Source: Xylographa opegraphella
Lineage: Eukaryota
Length of the DNA stretch: 64,000 bases
Assembly: GCA_022813865.1 (NCBI GenBank)
Contig: JALDZX010000025.1
Coordinates: forward strand, 248,001 to 312,000
Direction: 5' to 3'
The notes below the pieces were generated by a model that saw nothing but the letters and a program-made list of their open reading frames with translations, was not told the origin of the DNA and did not search any database. The first letter of the stretch is position 1. Each line of letters begins with the position of its first letter. The position numbers were made by a program, and so were the translations under genes. Shown in pieces: positions 48,862-58,212 of this stretch.

Positions 48862-50196
48862 ATGCGTTTCCCAATCTCACTCACGGCCATGGTCCTGCTG
48901 GCAAGCAGCATTTGCGCAGCAGCGCCTGACATGGACTCGTCCAATAAGGATATGGACTCCTCCAACATGGATATGGACTCGTCCAGTATGGACATGGACT
49001 CGACCACCATGTACTCGGACCACGACGACATGACGACAATGTCCACCACGATGTCGCACAGCACGGAAATGACAACGATGTCGCACAGCACGGAAATGAC
49101 AACGATGTCGCACAGCACCTCCACGACTTCGACCATGTCTCATAGTACTCCTACGATGTCGACGATGTCAACGACATCTCACAGCACCTCGACGACGATG
49201 ATGACTCCAATAACTACCAGGGTTACGACGGCGGTTTTCATCGTTACAACCATTACGACGTCTCTGAGCACTTCTACCTCAACAATGTCTCACAGCACCT
49301 CTACTACATCAACAATGTCGCACAGTACCTCTACATCCACCATGTCTCACAGCACGTCCACAACGATGACCACGCCAGTAACCACGAAGCTTTCAACAGC
49401 CGTGCTCGTAGTCACCACCATGACGACCAGCAAGCCCACGACGACGACAATGATGATGTCTTCTACAACGCACTCCACCAGCTCCATGATGCCGACCAGC
49501 CAAGTCTCCGTCCAGGTCATCCAAGTGTCCACAGCGAACGACACAGGTGCTCTCGTTTTCACCCCGAACTCCGTCACCGCTGCTGTCGGCTCGCTCGTAC
49601 AATTCCAGTTCCACCCAATGGTAAGCCAACCCGATTCCTCCAAGTCCTCGTTTGTCCCTCTAACGTCCCTGTTAGAACCACTCCGTTGTCCAGTCCACTT
49701 TCGCCAACCCTTGCATTCCGATCAACAACATCATGCCCTCCGTCAAAGGCATCTTCTCCGGTTTCCAGCCCACGACCGGGCTCACCACCCCAATGTTCAC
49801 CATTCTCATCAACGACACGCAGCCTATCTGGTACTATTGCTCCCAAGGCATGCACTGCCAGAACGGGATGGTGGGCGTCATAAACCCGTAAGCAGGCTCG
49901 CTCCTCCCACTTGGAATCGCAACTCTAACAAACCCCCTTCCAGGCCAATGAACGCAACCGTAGTTCAATTCGCCGCCATCGCGGCGAAAGCCACGATGAA
50001 CCTCTCCCCCGGCATGACCATGATGAACACCACCATGGGCACCAACACCACCCTCAAGACGAACGCCACCATGACTGGCCCCGTCACCGTGCAGACCCAC
50101 AGTGCCGCTGGCAGCCTGCTCGCCGCGTCGCGGGAGTCACTCTTCAGCATCTTCACGGCTGGGATTATCGTCCTCGTTGGCATGGTCGCTATGTAA
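48862..50196 (+). CDS. Secreted, probably GPI-anchored cupredoxin with Ser/Thr/Met/His-rich stalk
   Basis: Signal peptide; spliced cupredoxin LVFTPNSVTAAVGSLVQFQFHPM|NHSVVQSTFANPC...WYYCSQGMHCQNGMVGVINP; introns 49621-49675 and 49888-49943; hydrophobic C-terminus. Confidence 0.88.
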   Translation: MRFPISLTAMVLLASSICAAAPDMDSSNKDMDSSNMDMDSSSMDMDSTTMYSDHDDMTTMSTTMSHSTEMTTMSHSTEMTTMSHSTSTTSTMSHSTPTMSTMSTTSHSTSTTMMTPITTRVTTAVFIVTTITTSLSTSTSTMSHSTSTTSTMSHSTSTSTMSHSTSTTMTTPVTTKLSTAVLVVTTMTTSKPTTTTMMMSSTTHSTSSMMPTSQVSVQVIQVSTANDTGALVFTPNSVTAAVGSLVQFQFHPMVSQPDSSKSSFVPLTSLLEPLRCPVHFRQPLHSDQQHHALRQRHLLRFPAHDRAHHPNVHHSHQRHAAYLVLLLPRHALPERDGGRHKPVSRLAPPTWNRNSNKPPSRPMNATVVQFAAIAAKATMNLSPGMTMMNTTMGTNTTLKTNATMTGPVTVQTHSAAGSLLAASRESLFSIFTAGIIVLVGMVAM

Positions 50197-51104
50197 TTAA
50201 ATATATAAAAAGGCGCACTCGAAGGGGCTGTGGTGCTCATTTTCCTTTCTCTGTTCTGGCGGCATTGCATCGGTGCATCATACCATCGCTGAGCTGGCTT
50301 CAGAAGGGAGGCTCCGGGGCTGGCGTTTCCGCAAAGTGACTTGCTGGCCATAGACTTGGTGGAGAGAGGGGCTTAATCCGGGGGGGATGGATGATTGTTA
50401 TATAGGTGAATCATGGATATGTAGATGACTACTATGTATTTGTCGTTTGATGTGCAGGCTGATGCTGTATCTTTCTGTAAGCTACGTGATCGTCATCCTT
50501 GTGATATGTGCTGTTTCGTGATTTGTTTGCTGTCGATGGGTATGACAAAGCTTTTATAAATTTGAGCTTGATACATCACCGCTGATTCGGAATATTGTTT
50601 TGAGTTGGGACTGAGTACTTGACACAATAAAACAAATACACGACTGATCAGGACTGCTACTATACTGGTATCAGCTTCGCCTGTGTTGGGAACTCAGAAA
50701 GTGGTGACGCAGATCCGTGACATTAGCTACTGTTCACGCTTTACGAATAATTTTGTTTCACATATATAATTAAAAAACTATCGATTTAGTTCAAATATCG
50801 GTCAATGGCGGTATAGTATTCAAAGTTCTTACGGTAATACATCGAGTAAATTTATGTTCAAAATAAATTTCTTGCAGCTTAGCTGCTTTAAATACTGTAA
50901 TTTTGCAAGATTTAAATTCAACGTCAAGCATGAATAATGTATAAAGCTATTTCGACAAATGCGGTTAAAATCAATTAATTACTCGTTGTGATTTATAATT
51001 TTTATGTAAAAAATACTCGCAAAAGTCATACGAAATTTCAAACGAGTTTTATAATTGAATAAATAAGGTTATGAGAACATTTTTATATACGATTATTTGG
51101 AATT

Positions 51105-51164
51105 TGTTGAAAGGTACGATGGGTACTGAAGCGCAGTGGTCATTCTAGCAGAATATATGGGTAA
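51105..51164 (-). mobile_element. Partial copy of the 181-bp LTR, truncated by an assembly gap
   Basis: 60 bp identical to 54539-54598; preceded by GAATT; strand inferred from the full copy. Confidence 0.85.
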
Positions 51165-51214
51165 NNNNNNNNNNNNNNNNNNNNNNNNNNNNNNNNNNNN
51201 NNNNNNNNNNNNNN
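51165..51214. other. Assembly gap (50 N)
   Basis: Run of n characters. Confidence 1.
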
Positions 51215-51450
51215 AATTATGAATTATGAATTATGAATTATGAATTATGAATTATGAATTATGAATTATGAATTATGATTTATGAATTATGATTTATGAA
51301 TTATGAATTATGAATTATGAAGAATGAATTATGAATTATGAATTATGAAGATTATGAAGATTATGATGATTATTATGATGATTATGATGATTATGATGAT
51401 GATTATGATGATTATGATGATTATGATTAATATTATTATGATTATTAATA
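51215..51450 (+). repeat. Tandem repeat (GAATTAT)n grading into (GATTAT/GAT)n
   Basis: Directly visible heptamer array followed by a tri/hexamer array. Confidence 0.95.
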
Positions 51451-51953
51451 TTTTTATTATATAATTTTCAATATTTTTAAATATAATTAAAGCTTCGAGA
51501 TATTTGACGAAATTTATGATATTTAATTGAAAGATTTTTAGAAATCTTTTTAATTTAATTTTTTTCAAAATTTTTATTATATTATTACTACGTTAATTAT
51601 ATGCAGATTTGTTTTCGTTAAAATTAAAAAATAAATTAAAAAATAGTATAAATTTTTTCGAATTTAATATTTCGATAATTTTTTAAAAAAATTTTCGTTT
51701 CTAAATATTAAATTTATAATTATTTCTTATTAATTAATTTATTTCGTAATTAATTTTGATTAAAATAATAATTTAAAGTTCCTCGTCGTAGCGATATTTA
51801 TAAATTAAATAAATATATTATAATTATTTAAGCATTTTATTCTTTTTTAATACATATAGTATTCCCAACGTGGCAGTATACCTTTACCTACTACTGAAAA
51901 CAATTATTTATCTTTTAATGAAAAGGTTAAATGCTGATCGAGAGATGCGCGAA

Positions 51954-52317
51954 TGTTAAGGTTCTTATTTTTACAGAGTAAATTAAAAACGTTAAAGGGT
52001 TAGCGTTTAATAAAGAAACGATTCGACTTTAATTATTCCTCGTTATTTTTTAATGTTTTTATAAAGAGTATTTAGGGGCATAAAACCATCTCGAACAAAA
52101 TTTTTATACAAAATAAAGAATTTTTTGTTATAAAAAACGTATTCAATTTATATTATAATTTAATTTGTAAAATAAGAAATTATAATATAATTTTATACGA
52201 AAATTATTATATTTTTTAAAAATAATAAATTTATTACTGTACTTTTTTATATATTTATTAACGAATTTAATTTAAATTTATAATCCAGACGTATTAGTAA
52301 AATTTAAAATTATAATA
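51954..52317 (+). repeat. 5' LTR of the Gypsy element (~364 bp)
   Basis: Aligns with 57848-58212, differing mainly by transitions. Confidence 0.85.
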
Positions 52318-54538
52318 CTTTGAATATTTTTTAAAATAAACATACTAAAAGTGCAACCAAGTTTACCCTTAAATATTAAAAAAGGTAATAAAGAAATTAT
52401 AGAAAGATAATAGCGTTAAAATAAAAAAAATTAATAAATATAAAAAAAATATAAACTATTTAAACAATTGATTTATATAAATAACAATTTTTTAAATTTT
52501 AAGGGAATAGTATTTTAAAGCTAAATAAATCACTTTTTACTACGATATATATATAAAAATAAATTTAAAAATAAATTATTTTTTATTTTAAAAAGAATTT
52601 TGAAAATTTTAATAACGAAAATTTTAAGTAGCTAAAAAACTTTGCGGCGTTTAAAATCGAAACTAAAAAATCTTTAAATTATTAAACGAAAAAAATATGA
52701 TTATACGAATTATGTAGTATTTTAAATAAAAAGAATTTGATATAGAATATTGAATTTAATTTCAACAGTTCGCGATTTAAATTAAATAAAACGATAACAC
52801 TTTAATTATAATATATCGTAAAGGACTTAAAAATATTGATAAAAATGAATATTATAAATAAAATTATAAATTGAATAATCGAAATATATATAAAAATCGA
52901 CGATAAATTGTATTAAAAGATTATAAAACGTAAATACGAAATCGAAGATACGACAAAACTCAATTATTAAAAAACGATTTTAAAATAAAAATATAATATA
53001 AAACGCTAAACTTTTATAAATTGATCTCAACAAAAATTAATGTATTTTAAAAGCAAAAGCAGGGGTTTAAAAAACAGTATTTACGAAATAAAAAAACAGA
53101 AAACATGTATTATATTATGAAAAACTATTATTAATTAAAAAAACAAAATGTCTAAATTACAAATAAATATATATTTAAAATTTTTAATAGAATTAAAATA
53201 AATAAATAGTTATTTTTATGCAAAAAAGAGAATACGAAATTTATTTTAATGTTGAATGATTAAATCAATATTAATAAAATATACGAAAAGGTTAATTTAT
53301 GAATAATTTATATTTAATATAAAATAAATAATTTTTAAATGAAAGTAAATAACAACGGAAAAAGCGATTTAAACGTTAACGATTTATAAATCGAAAATCT
53401 TATTAAAAATTAAAATCTTAAATTAAATAATCTCGGAAATTAAATTTATAAAAAAAATTAACGAGCCAACAACGCCGATAAAAATCAAAAAAATATATAA
53501 AAATATCGAATAAATTTTGAATATTTACGTTATAGTATAATATATAGTAATGTCTGTACAAATATTTACTATAAAATTTATTAAACAAATGATCAATATA
53601 ATAGCTATACAAGAAAAGCCTATTGTAGTATTTTAAAGATAAATACCCTTGGCATTTAAAAAAACGAAAATATTTACAAATTCTAAAGTATATATAAAAG
53701 TTTTACTATAAATTTATTATATATAAAACTCGCTTAAAAAGAAAAACTACGTGAATCAATTATAGCAATAGTACTTTTATATAAAAAAATACATAATATA
53801 CATAAAAATTAAAGAAATTCACGGTTACTTTCAACAGAAAAAATATATAAAGATTAATATAATATACTTTAAAATATATTAAAAAAATTAAATTTATGAA
53901 TTTTATAAAGATTTGGATTAAAGCAAATGATTATAAAATAATCGTATTGATAGATATTCATAGTAATTTAAATTATATATTTAATACTACCACGAAAAGC
54001 TGCGACTTCGATTATTTAATTTTAAAATAAATTTAAATAATAATAATCGACGAGTTATTAAAAGAAAACGATATATAAAGCCGTTTTCTGTCGTTATTTA
54101 TGAATATTGCAAAAAATACTCTTTGATATAATAATTATGGCCAGGCACTACGTAATTTTATTTTTATTTTAATAAGTTAAATACAACGTATTTTAAAACT
54201 AAAATAAAAAATATTGACGAAAAAGTATATTAATCGCGTTATTAATATTTATTTTATATATTAACAGAGAACGGTAATAAATAAAAAAATCGAAAATGAA
54301 TTAAAATTATAAAATTTTTATTTTCGAATAAAAACGATTTTATTCGAGAATTTAGCTCGATACGTATAAATAGAAATTAACAGAGCGAATAAAATTAAAG
54401 TTCAAAAAAATAACGTATTTTTGATGATTTTAAGAAATATAAAATATAAATAAAATTTTTTAAAAAAGGAAAGACGTAACGTTTTATTAAAATATTAATC
54501 TTGAAACTGCGAAATTAATTTCGAATTAAAAAAGAATC

Positions 54539-54719
54539 TGTTGAAAGGTACGATGGGTACTGAAGCGCAGTGGTCATTCTAGCAGAATATATGGGTAAAC
54601 AAGTGTGTTGTATTAGCTATGAACAACTACGAGACTATATGCTCGCGCACTAGCGTCACCGGGCCTACGGCGGCCCGAGCTCTCGCTATCCTGCAGGCAG
54701 GCCGGGACTATTTCTAACA
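54539..54719 (-). mobile_element. Intact 181-bp solo LTR inserted in the Gypsy element
   Basis: TG...CA ends with imperfect inverted termini (TGTTGAAA / TTTCTAACA); perfect TSD GAATC at 54534-54538 and 54720-54724; balanced GC; orientation inferred from TATA-like CATATAG followed by AATACA on the minus strand. Confidence 0.88.
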
Positions 54720-57700
54720 GAATCAACATTTAAATTTATGTATGATATATTAAGAAAGAATTTCGAACCTTCGTAAATATATTAATAACAATTCAAAAGA
54801 AAATTTATACGAAAATTAAACTTTTTAGCAAACTATTTTATAATATTTATATTTAAAAAAACGAAAGTTTAAAAACTTTATTAATTATCGAAATTTAAAC
54901 GATATTATTATTAAAAATCGATATCTACTACTAGAAATTAGCGAAATACGAAATAAATTTATCAAAATAATTTTTTTTACTAAATTTAACCTTAAAAGCG
55001 TATATAATTTAATTACAACAAAAAACGAAGAATAAAAAACTGCGTTTCCAAATAAATATAAATATTATAAATATTATTTTATATTTTTTAGATTAATTAA
55101 TATATTAACTATTTATTAAGTATTAATTAATAACGTATCAAAGGCGTATTTAGATTTAACGATAATAATTTATTTGAACGATATATTTATATACTGGAAA
55201 TTAGCAAAAAAATATATTAAATATATATAAAAAATACTTATATATTTATAGAAATCAAAACTGCTTTTTAAATCAAGAAATATAAATTTAGTAGAAATAA
55301 AGTAGCTTTTTTAAAATTGAGAATTAATAAAAACGAAATTAAAATAAACTTAAAAGAAATACGAACCGTAGTTGAATAGCTTTGATTAATAATAATAATA
55401 AGATCTTGGGATTTCTAGGGTTTATAAATGTTAATAAAAATTTTGTTAAAAATAATTTAAAAAAACTGATACCCCTCACGAATTTAATATATAAAAATAT
55501 AAATTTTAAATAAAATTCGAACCAACAGCGAGCCTTTAATATTTCAAAAAAAATTGTATAAAATTATTAATCTTAATAATATCTTAGATAAAAAACCTGT
55601 TTAAATAAAAATTAATATATTAAACTTGGCCATTAAAGTATGTTTATTAAATAAAAAATAGAAATAATATTTCATTGTATATTTTTTTAAAAAGGATATC
55701 GCAGACAGAGCAGAACTACAATATTTATAATAATAATACTTATATAAAATTAAAGAGTATATATTAAGAACTGTTTAAAATTTACGATTTATACGAACTG
55801 TAAAAATTTATTAAAATTTATTATAATAAAAATACTTAATAAAAGATAAGTACGGTAAACTAAGCTTTTAAAACAATATAAATTAAAAATTATTTATACT
55901 TTACGGAAAAATAATAAAAAAGGTTAATACGTTTAATAAAAAAAGATTTTAAAAATAAAGAACTAATAAATAAAGTATCATCAAAATTGAACGATCAAAG
56001 CGTATTAATTTAGTTCAATAAATCGTAGTCTTGAAAATCAAGACTGTAAAACAATATTTAAAAAACTTATTAGCAGAGGAGTTAATTAAGTATTATTATA
56101 ATAAATTAATAAATAATTATTCAGGAGTTGTTGAAATAATAAAATTTATAGAAAAATATTAAGACTTTTTAAATATAAGAAATACATAAAAATATACATC
56201 AAAAAATGCGTACTATGCCAAAAGGATAAATCAATTAAATATGCGGTATATAAAAATATTTAATTTATAATAATATTAATAATATTATAAAATAAATTTT
56301 AATAAATTTTATTATTAAATTATTAAAGGTCGAGAATTTTGTTATACAACAACTGTATAATTTAATTATAATAATAATAAATAAATTTAGATAAATACTT
56401 TATTATAATACTTTTTAAAGAAATATATACAGCGAAATAATTAATATTTTTAATATTGAATTAATTAATACGGAATTATAAATCTTTTACAGAAATAATA
56501 TTAAATAAAGATAAATTATTTATATTTAATTTCTGGAAAACTTTATTATTTAAATTAAAAATATTAACGATTTAATACTTATGAATTAACGAATAAATTA
56601 AACGAATAAATTGATATTTAAAAATATATTTAAAATATTGTATTAACTGTAAATAAAATAATTAAGTATTATTATTATTATCAAATAATTAGTATTAAAC
56701 GATAAGCAATTTGCAATAATTGATTTAATACCTTTTTTACGAATATGAAATAATATTTAAATATATTTAAAGAATTAAAATCGAGTCTTAATGCCAACAA
56801 AGTGATAATATTAGCTAAAAATTTAAAAGAGAATATATATCGCTTTTAAAAAAGGATTATTTTAAGGAATTAAAAAATTGAAAAATTGAAACCGAAATTA
56901 TCAAAAAATGAACCTTAGCTAAAAAAAAGAATAAAATATTTTTTTCATAAAGAATTTATTAATTAGTAAAAAGTAAAATAAAAAATTTAATTACGTTAGA
57001 ATCGAAATATTTTTAATAAAATAAATTTAAAAATAAATAAATAATTTCTTTAATCTGCCGAGGGACGCAAAATTATATTTAGTATTTTATTTTATTTTAT
57101 TTTTGCTAAAATTAGCGGATTTTAGTACTTCTTTACAAATAATTTTCTACTATAATAAAAAAAGGAACAGGAATTCGAAACAAAAAGAATTTTAAATAAA
57201 TAAAATCAGAATTATTTAATTAAATAAAGAAAATATTTTGAATCAAATAGTCCATAGAAATTATTTACTAATTTTGGAAACTGCTAGAAATTTTTTTAAA
57301 AATTTTATTAAATAAATTTAAAACGTCGAGAGAAAGGGATTCGAAAGAATTTAAAAATAAAACTTCGAAAAAATCGTTTATTAAATCTGCGACCTTCTTG
57401 CGCTCGATTTTTTTAAATTTTAATATTAAATATTTTTTAATAAATATTTTTTAAAAAATTTATTTTATAGCAGCCAGCTCCTTCTCGAGTTTAATTAAAA
57501 AAGATTTTTTCATTAATTTATTCACGACGAAAAATAATTATATAACAACGTTAATTCTTTAATTTTTTTAATAAAGATTTTTTTAATCTTTATTCGGGCT
57601 CGATTTGTATTCGTAAAAATTAATAAGTAAAACGATTTCAATTTAATATAATTTACGTAATAATTTAAAGTAGTAAATACTTGGCAAGTAAAATCATTTT

Positions 57701-57847
57701 TTATATATTTATCGCAAAAATGTATTGCGAATTTTTATATATATAAATAACCTCGACCTGTCCCTTTTTTTACTGTAATTTAATATTTTACTTTTAAATA
57801 TTATTAAAAAAGGGGTTTAAAAATAAAAAAGTTAAAAAAAGAATTAA

Positions 57848-58212
57848 TATTAAGATTTTTACTTTTATAAAATAAATTAAAAACGTTAAAGGGTTAATAT
57901 TCGATAAAAAAACTACTCGACTTTAATACCCCTCGTGATCTTTTAATATTGTTATAGAAAATATTTAAAGGCATAAAAAGGTATTTTAAACAGAATTTTT
58001 ATGTAAAATAAAAAAATTATTTATTATAAAAGGCGTATTTAATTTATATTATAATTTAGCTTATAGAATAAGAAATTTTAATATAATTTTGTACGAAAAT
58101 TATTATTTCTTTAAAAATGATAAATTTATTACTATGCCTTTTTATTTATTCATTAATAAATTTAACCCAGGTTTTTAATCGAGCTGTACCAGTGAGATTC
58201 AGGATCGTTACA
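57848..58212 (+). repeat. 3' LTR of the Gypsy element (~365 bp)
   Basis: Preceded by a purine-rich tract; ends GATCGTTACA followed by TSD GCGAA. Confidence 0.85.

Larger units (their letters stand above)
51954..58212 (+). mobile_element. Full-length degraded Ty3/Gypsy (chromovirus-like) LTR retrotransposon
   Basis: Direct repeats 51954-52317 and 57848-58212 (TGTTAAG...TTACA); 5-bp TSD GCGAA at 51949-51953 and 58213-58217; remnants of FTKLDLKGAYNL (~54975), YLDDILIY (~55170), FLGF (~55410), AEQNY RNase H (~55705) and a YLVKW-like chromodomain motif (~57210), readable only after reversing C>T/G>A changes. Confidence 0.88.

Noticed and set aside
51215..51450. Regular repeat array as CRISPR or telomere
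   Set aside because: Simple 7-mer/3-mer tandem repeat with no spacers, not TTAGGG-like, internal location, eukaryotic context
51329..51568. Poly-Ile ORF
   Set aside because: Translation artefact of the microsatellite
51105..54719. Idea that the two identical short LTRs flank one 3.6-kb retroelement
   Set aside because: The 54539 copy has its own TSD on both sides and lies inside the Gypsy element, while the 51105 copy lies outside it
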